Source of the DNA: Macrostomum lignano
Taxonomy: Eukaryota
Direction of reading: 5' to 3'
Length of the DNA: 64,000 nucleotides
Assembly: GCA_002269645.1 (NCBI GenBank)
Contig: NIVC01000152.1
Coordinates: 62,001-126,000, forward strand
Each line of letters begins with the position of its first letter. The first letter of the stretch is position 1. Under the pieces are notes generated by a model. It saw nothing but the letters and a program-made list of their open reading frames with translations. It was not told where the DNA came from and searched no databases. The position numbers were made by a program, and so were the translations under genes. Below, in pieces: positions 31,156 through 56,504 of this stretch.

Positions 31156-34100
31156 ATGAAGTTATGCTTGTCAGGGACAAGTCGACCACTCGACTGGTTG
31201 TTGCTTTCGGTGCTGCTCTGCCTGGCGCCGAGACTGAGCTTTGGCGCGGACTATCGGGTGCTGGTGGCTGTGGAAGATCCTTGGACTGGGAGCGACACCT
31301 TCGTGCGCGATGTTTTTCATCGGCGGATTGCAATGAACTGGCGATTAAACATGGGGTCGAACACTGTGACTCCGCTAGTGCTCCGAACTGCCGGCCCAAG
31401 GCAGGTCACGGAAATTGAGCGGCAGGGTGAGTGACGGCATTTCATTGACACTTCGTCAAAGTTGGTAGCTGTGCAACTAAACTAACTACATGTACTTAGC
31501 ATGCGCGCTGCACTTTTTACAGTCTGCGATGCCGCGTCCTCCGGTGCCGCTGGCCTGCTGGCAGTTGGCAACTGTCCTTTCCTGACTGACTTGAGCATCT
31601 TGGCCAACAGCCTGCAGCTGCCGTTTATCGGGGCTCCGACTGCGCTGTGCCGAATGAAGTTCAACAATGGTAGGAGCTGAAAGACCCCGTCCAATCTTCC
31701 AACCATTTGCTGCAACAATAACTGAAGACCCGTTCTATCTTCCAACCATTTGCCGCAAAAGTGTCTGAAGACCCCGTTCCATCCTCCAACCATTTGCTGC
31801 AACAGTGTCTGAAGACCCGTTCCATCCTCCAACCATTTGCTGCAACAGTGTCTGAAGACCCCGTTCCATCTTCCAACCATTTGCTGCAACAATAACTGAA
31901 GACCCGTTCTATCTTCCAGCCATTTGCTGCAACAATAACTGAAGACCCGTTCCATCTTCCAACCATTTGCCGCAAAAGTGTCTGAAGACCCGTTCCATCC
32001 TCCAACCATTTGCTGCAACAATAACTGAAGACCCGTTCCATCCTCCAACCATTTGCTGCAACAGTGTCTGAAGACCCGTTCCATCCTCCAACCATTTGCT
32101 GCAACAATGTCTGAAGACCCCGTTCCATCCTCCAACCATTTGCTGCAACAGTGTCTGAAGACCCCGTTTTATCTTCCAACCATTTGCTGCAACAATAACT
32201 GAAGACCCGTTCCATTTTCCAACCATTTGCTGCAACAATAACTGAAGACCCGTTCCATCCTCCAATCGTTTTCTGCAACAATGTCTGAAGACCCGTTCCA
32301 TCTTCCAACCATTTGCTGCAACAATAACTGAAGACCCGTTCCATCTTCCAACCATTTGCTGCAACAATAACTGAAGACCCGTTCTATCTTCCAACCATTT
32401 GCTGCAACAATAACTGAAGACCCGTTCCATCTTCCAACCATTTGCTGCAACAATAACTGAAGACCCGTTCCATCCTCCAATCGTTTTCTGCAACAGTGTC
32501 TGAAGACCCCGTTTCATCTTCCAATCGTTTTCTGCAACAGTGTCTGAAGACCCCGTTTCATCTTCCAATTATTTGCTGCATCTTTCAATTAGTGTCAAAT
32601 CTACTGCAATACGGTCAACCCAGAGTACCTGGGAACAAACCATATAAACACTCGAACCGTTGCCAGACTTTGGATTCACCTCGGGTCACGACCCCAGCAA
32701 CCTGATTGACGCGGCGGTGAGCGTGCTGCAAAGCAGAGCGCCCGATTCTGTTGTCCTCTACTACGACTCAAATCAGGGTGAGTGTGACAGTCAAACAAAC
32801 CGCAAGCATAATTGATGAATGATCAATAAAAGTGAGGCATTGTTGGATTTCAGACAGCACCATTGTGGAGGAAGCGCAGACCAAGCTAGCAGCCAACGGA
32901 ATTGGCTCGCTGACATTCTCTGTAGATCATCTGAACTCGTCAGCGCTGGTTGAACAGATGCAGAAATTTGTGAAGAACAAAATTCGGCACTTTCTAGTGA
33001 TTGCTGCAGAGTCAACTGTTGGAACAATCTTGCGCAGCGCCGCGGACACCAAAGTAATGCAGCAGAACTACTTCTGGACGGTTTTAGACACGGGCCTATC
33101 CGAGGCGACGCTGCTGCCTTACGCTATACCGAATTCAAACATTGCGCTAGTGAGAGGCGGCGCATTCGGATTGGACAAGTCGGGCTCGTGTCCCTCCGCT
33201 GTGGTGGAGGTGTTTCCGGCCTGCAATGCCACTGCTGTGAAGGTAAATAGCTCGTAGTGTGCATGGCAACTAAAGTAATTTTGGTATACGAAGGGGCAGA
33301 GCTGCTCAGAGGTGCCAAGACCCCCGTTTCGGCCACATAATTTGGGGCTTGTGCGCTCGAAAATTGGCCGGGAGTTGTCGTGGGTGTTCACACATACAGT
33401 ATGAGGGCCAACCCCCAAGGTACAGAGAGTGTACATGCCTGACGATTAGAAGGTCAGGACCGGCTGGACCGCTGTACACCCTGTGGAGCGTGTGCATGAG
33501 TGCGCGCCTGTGTACAGTATTGGCCTACTTGTACATGTATGTGAGGAGTCAGCGGAATGGGCAGAATTGTTTGTTGTCAGCGCTGGTTGTGGGACGATGT
33601 TGCGCCAAGGGTGCCCGCTGCCCTTCTGAAAAAATTATTTACTATTACTATTATTGTGCAAGCTTTTGCCGATACTCCCGTAACCAGACTTCAGAGGTGC
33701 GATTCGCCGACGCAGTGGAGGCGCTGGCGAAGGCGCTCAACGACTCCTTGTCGACTCACTCCATCACGCCGAGCAATGTCAGCTGCTCCGCCAAACAGAA
33801 CTGGACGTGGGGCCGCACTCTGAACGACGCAATCGCGTCGGTGAGTTGATCTCTCAATCAGCTGTTTATCTCTGCTGAGTTAGCGTGTCCAGCTGCTCAA
33901 GCATCTCAGTTCTGCATCTCTATTTCAGATTTCAAACTACGATACATTCCGTGGCGTTATTGGTTTCAACTCGACCAGCCGGTACTTCATCGGCCAGGAT
34001 GCCGAAGTGTTTGGCACCTGGAATGAGAGAAGCTCCGGCTGGCCAGTAATGCAGCTGTCGGCCAGATTCCGCTTAGCAACTCGCCACCTGACTGTGCTGG

Positions 34101-37100
34101 CTCAAGTTCGCGGCTCTAGCGTCGCTTTTCCGAACACTTTTTTGGGATTTAAAAACGAGACAATCGTTATCTGTTCGCCGTTTGTAAGCCTTTTATGAGA
34201 TTATAAAGCTCAATTACATCTGCCAGACTTGTCATAACAGTCTCCACTTTTAGTTCAGTAGCTAGGAAGCATATGTAAGCTATTATATAAAAAGAAAAGC
34301 AGCTGGACTGACTTGCTATTGGCGCAGCCGTTGATGTACATTAGCCAGCGCCGCTGAGAATGTACATGGATTGGCAGGCAGATTTGTACAAAGTCCGAGG
34401 AAGGCAATAAAAATGGGGTGGCGGGGCCGGGGTAGAAGAGGTTTGGTGGGGAAAGAAGCGCAGCGGCCAGGGGGGGGGGGCTAGGAGGGGTTAAGAGAGC
34501 CAATAAACGAGTCCTGTCATAAAATACATTAAAATGCTTTTTATTCAACTTACTACTGAACTGAAAGTAGCTTACACGCAAATAAATAATCCGTGTATTT
34601 ACCAATCACTTCTTGCCGCTTTCGCAGGCTCCTCCGTACACTTACCATGAGGAGTCATATCCCAACGGGACAGTAGTTCTTGGCGGCATGGTGCGAGCCC
34701 TGATCGACAGGCTGGCCGAGAGAATGGAGTTCCGGTAGGGGATTTTTATTACTTAAAGCGTAGGATTCAACTTTGAGCGTTTTTTACCTTTGCAATGCAA
34801 CAATATTTTCGACACTGCCTGTCAGGTACATCGCCCAGAACTCGGCGGATCGAACATTCGGAATTGTTCCTCCTGGTAGCAGCTATGCCACCGGTTGCGT
34901 TGGCGAAGTCCAGAATGGGGTGAGTCATCCATTCAACAGGCGAGCTAAATAAAATACTTTCTAAAGTATTATAGAAACTAGTTCTTGGTAAACGCCCTCT
35001 GCGTCTTGACAGTCGATAGCAGCAACGCTCTAGCAACCAGGTGTGATGCATGTAACTGCATACCTTTGATGATATCTGAAATGAGTGTCTATAGGGCGTC
35101 ACTTCATCTGGCTGGGGTGCCATTTAACTCGACTGGACACAAGCACCAGGGGCTTTAATTAGCACCAGGGGCTTTAATTAGTACCAGGGGTGTTAGCACC
35201 AGGGGGTTTAGCACCAGGGGTGTTAGCACCAGGGGTGTTAGCACCAGGGGGTTTAGCACCAGGGGCTTTAGCACCAGGGGTGTTAGCACCAGGGGTGTTA
35301 GCACCAGGGGTGTTAGCACCAGGGGGTTTAGCACCAGGGGCTTTAGCACCAGGGGTGTTAGCACCAGGGGTGTTAGCACCAGGGGTGTTAGCACCAGGGG
35401 GTTTAGCACCAGGGGCTTTAGCACCAGGGGTGTTAGCACCAGGGGTGTTAGCACCAGGCGTGTTAGCACCAGGCGTGTTAGCACCAGGGGTGTTAGCACC
35501 AGGGGTGTTAGCACCAGGGGTGTTAGCACCAGGGGTGTTAGCACCAGGGGTGTTAGCACCAGGGGCTTTAGCACCAGGGGTGTTAGTACCAGGGGTGTTA
35601 GCACCAGGGGTGTTAGCACCAGGGGCTTTAGCACCAGGGGCACTTTAGCGTTAGGACACTCCAACGCATCCGACGTTCCACAGACGGTAACCCTGGGCGG
35701 TGGCCCGTTCGGCAAGAGCGTCAACCGGGCATCCGTGGTGGAATACTCGGCCGCATTTTTCGAGGAGTCGATGGCCCTGTTGGTGCACCGTCCGCCGCCG
35801 GAGTCCAAGCTGTGGAACCTGCTCAGACCGCTCCAACTGTACGTTTGGATTACTCTGGGAGCCACCGTGATACTCGCCTCGCTAATCATGTGGGCCCTGG
35901 CTTACTTTTCACCTTTCTCAGCCTGGAATTTGGGCCTAGATTACGCCTGCGCTGATGAGGTGTGGCTGCAAGAGTACGTCTGGATCAGCATCGGCAGCTT
36001 CTTACAGCAGGGCCAGGACTTCAATCCGTTTGCTATGTCGCCGAGAACTGTGCTGGCCTTCTGGTGGATGTTCGCACTCATCATACTGGCTGTGTACACT
36101 GGTGAGTGCGGGCTGCCTGCACAGCTGAAGTAGCGGGATGCTACGCTCGGTTTTCTTAGAAACGACCCGAAGGGCGGTCAGTGCATTCAGTATAGGCTCT
36201 GGAGAAATCGAATTTGTCTATGGCTAAACCCCATTCAGCGCTATGCGTTCTTCAGAGCATACCCAAGAACTGTCCAGATAACGATTTAAAGTCCTTTCAT
36301 TCTTTAAAATAAAATATTAAAGAACTTGTACACCTTCAATAATGATCACCAGGTGACCTGGCCTCCGATCTGGTTGTGTCAAACGAGGTTCTGTCTATCA
36401 AGACGCTGCAAGACCTGGCTGACAGCGACGTTGTGACACCGGCCGTTGGCGAGGGATCCTTCACGTGGGGCCTGATCCAGGCTGGCGGCCGGCCGGAATT
36501 TGAGAAGCTGTCAAAGCGCCTCGTCACCTTTCAGGGCCCCCGCGGCTGCAGGGAGATGGTGAGACGCAGGGACTAGCTTGGAGTGAGGTGGGTGGCGGAT
36601 TGAGGTGGGTGGCGGAGTGAGGTGGGTGGCGGAGTGAGGTGGGTGGCGGAGTGAGGTGGGTGGCGGAGTGAGGTGGGTGGCGGAGTGAGGTGGGTGGCGG
36701 AGTGAGGTGGGTGGCGGAGTGAGGTGGGTGGCGGAGTGAGGTGGGTGGCGGAGTGAGGTGGGTGGCGGAGTGAGGTGGGTGGCGGAGTGAGATGGGTGGC
36801 GGAGTGAGGTGGGTGGCGGAGTGAGGTGGGTGGCGGAGTGAGGTGGGTGGCGGAGTGAGATGGGTGGCGGAGTGAGGTGGGTGGCGGAGTGAGGTGGGTG
36901 TGGGAGTGAGGTGGGTGTGGGAGTGAGGTGGGTGTGGGAGTGAGGTGGGTATGGGAGTGATGTGGGTGTCGGAGTGAGGTGGTTGTCCGACTGAAGTAGG
37001 TGGCGGAGTGAGGTGGGTGCCAGAGAGCATCCAGATTGTCTTCTTCCTGTACGACCCTAGGTGCTGAGCAGCAACATCGCGTGCATGATCGACTTCACCT

Positions 37101-37538
37101 TCGCAACCCTGGTGTACAACCAGTTCTGCGACAAGGTGTACCTTGGCGAAGAGAAATTCTACACCATAACTGTCGGCTTCATCTGGCCACCGGACTCCTA
37201 CTTTGCCGATCTGTTCAATTTTTAGTGAGTCAGGAAGTAAATCTTCTTATCAATTTAATGAAGCAGAACTTTTATTAATATTGCTCGCCTTGTTCAGCAT
37301 CCAACGCCTGTACGAGTCCGGCTACATCTGGCGGTCATTTGAGAAGAGCGCGAACAGTTCGTTTGGATGCTCTGCCTTAAACAGCGTACCACCTGGCCAG
37401 TCCATCACCCTGGAGGGCTCCGGCGCCTGCTTCATCCTGCTGGCCGGCTGCTTTGCGGTCGGCCTGATCCTGCTGCTGATGGAGCTGGCATGGGTGCGCC
37501 TGTGCGGCAAGAGTCCGCTGGACTCGTTTATCTTCTAG
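31156..37538 (+). CDS. Divergent ionotropic glutamate receptor with ATD, ~825 aa; join(31156..31426,31523..31669,32667..32777,32854..33242,33688..33840,33929..34105,34628..34734,34826..34919,35684..36101,36353..36558,37061..37224,37298..37538)
   Basis: 12 in-phase exons (2478 nt). Signal peptide; ATD-like VVLYYDSNQ and NYFWTV; S1 [12 protein letters not shown]; M1; pore IGSFLQQG; M3 [18 protein letters not shown]; S2 with a Cys pair; M4 [14 protein letters not shown]. The exon-6 donor is weak. Confidence 0.85.
31680..32575. repeat. ~44-bp minisatellite in iGluR intron 2
   Basis: About 20 units of ctgaagacccgttccatcctccaaccatttgctgcaacaataa. Confidence 0.95.
33300..33655 (+). mobile_element. 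Longest copy of dispersed repeat family A, with a (TAT/TAC)n tail, in iGluR intron 4
   Basis: Shares ggccaacccccaagg.acagagag with 59740 and its body with 28720. Ends ttatttactattactattatt. Confidence 0.7.
35145..35645. repeat. 15-bp minisatellite (agcaccaggggtgtt) in iGluR intron 8
   Basis: About 33 units, reading LAPGV or PLVLT. Confidence 0.95.
36580..37020. repeat. 17-bp G-rich minisatellite (ggcggagtgaggtgggt) in iGluR intron 10
   Basis: About 25 units filling almost the whole intron. Confidence 0.95.
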
Positions 37539-37629
37539 AAGAAGATGATTGATGAGGGGCGCCTGGTGCGCGTGTGCGAAAAGATAATTTGCTTTTTAAC
37601 GCAATGGGAAGCCAGTGAGTTTGTGAAAT

Positions 37630-37820
37630 CATGAGTTCTTGAGTTCTTGAGTTCGTGAGTTCTTGAGTTCTCAAGTCCGTGAGTTCATGAGTTCTTGAGT
37701 TCATGAGTTCTTGAGTTCGTGAGTTCTTGAGTTCATGAGTTCTTGAGTTCGTGAGTTCTTGAGTTCTTGAGTTCGTGAGTTCGTGAGTTCTTGAGTTCTT
37801 GAGTTCTTGAGTTCGTGAGT
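37630..37820. repeat. 8-bp repeat (gagttctt/gagttcgt) 3' of the iGluR gene
   Basis: Tandem octamers. Confidence 0.9.
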
Positions 37821-38279
37821 GATTTTAAGAGTTCCTATATGAGTGGCTTTAACGATTTCACATGCGAAATTATGGAACAAAATTATAATATTTTTTCCGG
37901 GATTGAGGATCAGGAAAATAAATTTGAAAGCAGCTATTATAGTCGGATTTCTTGCATTGAAATTGGCACGAAAATTGACTTGATTATTTTTTGTGCAAAT
38001 CAACGATGAAAAGCAGTGAATTTTATGAAGGGTGTGCCAGTCAGAGCTGTCTTGGAGATTGGAGCAATGCTTGGAGCATTTTCTTTGTATGGTAATACTG
38101 TCAAATCAAAATCCTACGAATTTGGGATAAATCATGCGCAACACGGATTAGCGGCTTCATCAGCTGCTATTTAATAGCCAAGGATCTCACTAAACCGCTG
38201 CTGCTGATGCGCCGGGTAGAAACTAGAAGCATAGCAACTACCATATCGCATAGCAACAAGCCAGAAACAACTTATCAAC

Positions 38280-38503
38280 AGCCTATCAACAGCCTAGCAA
38301 CAGCCTAGCAACAGCCTAGCAACAGCCTAGCAACAACTTAGCAACAGCCTAGCAACAGCCTAACAACAGCCTAGCAACAGCCTAGCAACAGCCTAACAAC
38401 AGTCTAGCAACAGCCTTGAAACAGCCTAGCAACAGCCTAACAACAGCCTAACAACAGCCTAACAACAGCCTAACAACAGCCTAACAACAGCCTAGCAACA
38501 GCC
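38280..38503. repeat. 11-bp minisatellite (cctagcaacag) running up to the methyltransferase ATG
   Basis: About 20 units; the last reads aacagccATG. Confidence 0.9.
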
Positions 38504-40231
38504 ATGGCCGATCTCGAAGAAGCTGAACGAATCGCTCTGAAGAACCGGGAACGATTCAAAAACGATCTGATTAAGCCGAAACTCAATCCCGATCAGGTGA
38601 TGCGCTACTATGACGACTGGAGCAGCACCTACGACGACACTATGTACACCGGCGAGCTCGGCTACTCGAACTTCACCGGCCTGTGCGAAGTCCTGACCGA
38701 GCTGCTGCCGAAAGACGCTGACAGGTCGAAACTGCGAGCCCTGGACCTCGGCTGCGGCACCGGCATCATCGGCAAGCAGCTTCGGGAGCTGCTCGGCTTC
38801 CGGCTGGTTGACGGAGTCGACGGCAGTCCCGGGATGATCGCCCAGGCCGAGAAGCTGGGCATCATCTGCCGCGGCTACGTTGAGATCGTTGAGAACCGCA
38901 GCCTGACTCAGGTGCCACATGGAGTCTACGATGTGGTGGTCAGCAAGGGCGCCTACGTGCCCAACCATGTGAAGCCGAACTCGCTGCCCTTCGTTGGCGA
39001 GCTGCTGAAGCCGGGTGCGATTTATTGATTGATATATTGATAGAAAGACTGATTGATTGGTTAATTGGTTAATTGATTGATTGATTGATTGACTGATGAT
39101 TGATGGTATGATTGATAGATGGAATGATTGATTGATTGATTGATTGATGGTATGATTGATAAATGGAAAATTGATTGATTGATTGATTGACTGATGATTG
39201 ATGGTATGATTGATAGATGGAATGATTGATTGATTGATTGATTGATGGTATGATTGATAAATGGAAAATTGATTGATTGATTGATTGACTGATGATTGAT
39301 GGTATGATTGATAAATGGAAAATTGATTGATTGATTGATTGATGGTATGATTGATAGATGGAATGACTGATTGATTGATTGATTGATTGATTGATGGTAT
39401 GGTTGATAGATGGAATGATTGATTGATTGATTGATTGATGGTATGATTGATAGATGGAATGATTGATTGACTGATTGACTGATTGATTGATTGGTGATTG
39501 ATTGATTGACTGATTGACTGATTGATTGATTGGTGATTGATTGATTGACTGATTGACTGATGATTGATTGATTGACTGATTGACTGATTGATTGATTGAT
39601 TGATTGATTGATGGTATGATTGATAGATGGAATGACTGATTGATTGATTGATTGATTGATTGATGGTATGGTTGATAGATGGAATGATTGATTGACTGAT
39701 TGACTGATTGATTGATGGTATGATTGATAGATGGAATGATTGATTGACTGATTGACTGATTGATTGATGGTATGATTGATAGATGGAATGATTGATTGAC
39801 TGATTGACTGATTGATTGATTGGTGATTGATTGATTGACTGATTGACTGATTGATTGATTGGTGATTGATTGATTGACTGATGATTGATTGACTGATTAA
39901 TTGATTGGTGATTGATTGATTGACTGATTGACTGATGATTGATTGATTGACTGGCTGGCTGGCTGATTACTGTTTAACTTATTGATTTATTTACTTACTA
40001 GTTAAATTAGTGTATGTCTCCCACTCTTGCCTCCCAAATCACCGCTCTGAAGGCGGGCTGCTGTGCACAGAGATCCGTCGCTCCGTAATTGAGGAGACGG
40101 ACATCGGCGAGATCGAGCCCGAGGCCAAGAAGATGGAGGCCTCCGGAGGCTGGAAAATACTCAAATGGCGTCACGAGTCGGTCTATAATCTCAACGTCCC
40201 AGGCTTCATCTACGTGCTCCAGAAGCTGTGA
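38504..40231 (+). CDS. METTL27: Class I SAM-dependent methyltransferase, METTL27/WBSCR27-like, 229 aa; join(38504..39014,40053..40231)
   Basis: YYDDWSSTYD, motif I LDLGCGTG, DGVDGSPGM, YDVVVSKGAYVPNHV and LLKPG|GLLC. In-phase intron (690 nt). Confidence 0.8.
39030..39965. repeat. (GATT)n-based compound microsatellite filling the methyltransferase intron
   Basis: GATT/GACT tetramers with recurrent ggtatgattgatagatggaat units. Confidence 0.95.
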
Positions 40232-40611
40232 TGCTGAGCTGTGGGAAAACCGCTCCATCTGGGTGAAGGATAAAACTTGCTGACAATCGCTTGAGTCGCT
40301 TGAGTCACTTGATATCGCTTTGCCATCGGGCTGTTGAGTTCTTGACGATCAGATCAGGCAGTGACAGATCAGGATGCAGGACTATCAAATATTATTGATG
40401 CAGGCCTGCTTGTCCATTGCGTGACAGGAAAACATGATTGGCTTTTTGTGTTTTGTTTGCAAAAGCAGAAGTTTCCGTTGCTGTTGTTTCAAATTTAGCA
40501 AGATTACTCATTCACTACCGCAGAAGTAGGCAGTTATCAGACGAATAGATTTTCTAACCTATTCTATGGATCAAAAGAATGGATTGCTAGTCTATAGCCA
40601 TCTTGGATGAA

Positions 40612-40810
40612 GGAATAGAATGGATTGCTAATCTATACCAAGTCATCGGGGTGTAGGAATAGAATGGATTGCTAATCTATACCAAGTCATCGGGGTGTAG
40701 GAATAGAATGGATTGCTAATCTATACCAAGTCATCGGGGTGTAGGAATAGAATGGATTGCTAATCTATACCAAGTCATCGGGATGTAGGAATAGAATGGA
40801 TTGCTAATCT
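40612..40810. repeat. 44-bp tandem repeat, ~4.5 copies
   Basis: ggaatagaatggattgctaatctataccaagtcatcggggtgta. Confidence 0.9.
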
Positions 40811-41285
40811 TCGACAATGAAGAAAAAGATGATTATTTTGGAAGTCAAACTTTGAATTGAAGAAATTGGACACCAAAAAGTGTTCGCCCATGAAGTGCAC
40901 GCATTTACAACCTTAACTGTGGCTCGCAATGACCGATTGAAGTAAACGCTTCCAACCACTAACTAGACGCTACGCTAACTTGTTTTGCCAAAATGTAGGC
41001 CCAGTATTACTATCAGATAGTATAGGCTACGCAATGTCTGACCCAGACCAGTTTACTGCCTTGCACGCTGCGTTACTTTGAAAAGGCATTGGCGCCAAGA
41101 ATCTGAGGCACTGCATCAAGGACCGCCCCGCCCTTTCTTTGCTTGTTTTCCAATGCGATTCTTTTCTCACTTTTCCTGCTGTCCGGTGCGCCCTCTCACT
41201 GTCACTAGACTATGAAAAATCTCACCAGACTAAGAAAAATAATACTTAAAAGACCAACTTGAATTGCATGACACACAGATTTTTT

Positions 41286-41323
41286 GGCCTGACGAAGAGC
41301 CCAGAGGCTCGAAACCGGTAGCC
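41286..41323 (+). ncRNA. Minimal type I hammerhead ribozyme of the Penelope-like-element kind
   Basis: GGC-CUGACGA-A-GAGCC(caga)GGCUC-GAAAC-CG-GUA-GCC. It has the core CUGANGA/GAAA, a 5-bp stem II, palindromic ACCGGT at stem III, a 3-bp stem I and a GUA cleavage triplet. ATTAAA lies just downstream. Confidence 0.8.
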
Positions 41324-41379
41324 CATATTAAATTTATTAGTCTTTTGATTTTTTTAAACACGCCGTGACCTCTCTTCTC

Positions 41380-42470
41380 TCTCTCTCTCTACCTCTCACT
41401 TTCACTCTCACTGTCACTCTCACTGTCACTCTCACTCTCACTTTCACTCTCACTGTCACTCTCACTGTCACTGTCACTCTCACTCTCACTCTCACTCCCA
41501 CTCTCACTCTCACCCTCACTCTCACTCCCACTCTCACTCTCACCCTCACTCTCCCTCTAACTCCAGTCAGTCAGTCAGTCAGTCAGTCAGTCAGTCAGTC
41601 AGTCAGTCAGTCAGTCAGTCAGTCAGTCAGTCAGTCAGTCAGTCAGTCAGTCAGTCAGTCAGTCAGTCAGTCAGTCAGTCAGTCAGTCAGTCAGTCAGTC
41701 AGTCAGTCAGTCAGTCAGTCAGTCAGTCAGTCAGTCAGTCAGTCAGTCAGTCAGTCAGTCAGTCAGTCAGTCAGTCAGTCAGTCAGTCAGTCAGTCAGTC
41801 AGTCAGTCAGTCAGTCAGTCAGTCACTCAGTCAGTCAGTCAGTCAGTCAGTCAGTCAGTCAGTCAGTCAGTCAGTCAGTCAGTCAGTCAGTCAGTCAGTC
41901 AGTCAGTCAGTCAGTCAGTCAGTCAGTCAGTCAGTCAGTCAGTCAGTCAGTCAGTCAGTCAGTCAGTCAGTCAGTCAGTCAGTCAGTCAGTCAGTCAGTC
42001 AGTCAGTCAGTCAGTCCCCACCCACTCAAGTCAGTCAGTCAGTCAGTCAGTCAGTCAGTCAGTCAGTCAGTCAGTCAGTCAGTCAGTCAGTCAGTCAGTC
42101 AGTCAGTCAGTCAGTCAGTCTAGTCAGTCAGTCAGTCAGTCAGTCAGTCAGTCAGTCAGTCAGTCAGTCAGTCAGTCAGTCAGTCAGTCAGTCAGTCAGT
42201 CAGTCAGTCAGTCAGTCAGTCAGTCAGTCAGTCAGTCAGTCAGTCAGTCAGTCAGTCAGTCAGTCAGTCAGTCAGTCAGTCAGTCAGTCAGTCAGTCAGT
42301 CAGTCAGTCAGTCAGTCAGTCAGTCAGTCAGTCAGTCAGTCAGTCAGTCAGTCAGTCAGTCAGTCAGTCAGTCAGTCAGTCAGTCAGTCAGTCAGTCAGT
42401 CAGTCAGTCAGTCAGTCAGTCAGTCAGTCAGTCAGGCAGTCAGTCAGTCAGTCAGTCAGTCAGGCAGTCA
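41380..42470. repeat. (CTCACT)n followed by ~900 bp of (CAGT)n
   Basis: Direct inspection. Confidence 0.97.
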
Positions 42471-42827
42471 GACCTGAGCAAAAAGTCTGAGGAGAATGTA
42501 GCCACAGAGTCTAAGCAAGATAACACCTTACAAACTAGAGGGAGAGAGGGGGCGAAGAGGTGCCTGTCTTGATTTCTACAATTTAACGGCTACGAACCTC
42601 TTCAACCCTATCGCTTGGTCGCTGGGCGGTTCTCGCGATAGTGCACCTCTGCCCGTCCCTCACCCCTCAACCCCCATGGTACGCTAACGCTTTTAAAAGC
42701 AGCAACGCAAAAGCAAAAGCAGTTCGCAAGTGCAAGCAAAGCACAGTTTGGAACTTTTTTTCATATTTTGCAGAAATTTCTGCGCATTTTTGTCGGCAAA
42801 TTTTCTGTTGTCGCATTCGCTTTGCAG

Positions 42828-55714
<12,887 letters not shown>

Positions 55715-56504
55715 TGCAGGTGTGAGGCTGCCTGCTCATGCTGCAGGACAGGCGGGCCTGATGCAGGTGTGAGGCTGCCTGCTCATGCTGCAGGACAGGC
55801 GGGCCTGATGCAGGTGTGAGGCTACCTGCTCATGCTGCAGGACAGGCGGGCCTGATGCAGGTGTGAGGCTGCCTGCTCATGCTGCAGGACAGGCGGGCCT
55901 GATGCAGGTGTGAGGCTGCCTGCTCATGCTGCAGGACAGGCGGGCCTGATGCAGGTGTGAGGCTGCCTGCTGCCTGATGCAGGTGTGAGGCTGCCTGCTG
56001 CCAGATGCAGGTGTGTGGCTGTAAGAAGAAGTCCTTTGTAATAATTTTACTTTCTAAGAATACATACAATAAAACAAAATGAATATGTATCGAATCTGCA
56101 TTTCAAAGAATACGCTTCTATCAACTGTGCTCTGTTTTCTTCACAAAACAATCAAACATTCTGTCATTCCAAATTTGTATTTGCTTACGCAGAAGAAGCT
56201 TGCAGCAGAAATAAAATATTTCAGTTATAAATTATGTATATCGTTGATTGAGTTTCAAATTTTCTCCAATTTCAAGTCATCCAGGATATAAGTCATCGTG
56301 ATTGGCTAATTAATTTTTTTCTCAGAACTGCTCATTTGAGCAGAAAGGCAGGGATGGTATATACCAGATTGCACACCACTGGCTCATTCAGAGACTGTAA
56401 GCTTAAAAACATTACTGAAATTTCAACAACCTGGACATCGAGATCAAGCCAGCTACTTGCTATTATTGTCAGTAAGTTTTGCTTAATCATTAACCACCTC
56501 CTTG

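Noticed and set aside
35190-35648. Elastin-like (LAPGV)n protein
   Set aside because: It lies inside iGluR intron 8, whose flanking exons join in phase without it.
42676-42680. ATG|gt micro-exon as the PHLDB start
   Set aside because: Joining it to the acceptor at 42827 gives the wrong frame with an early stop, so the 5' end is left unresolved.
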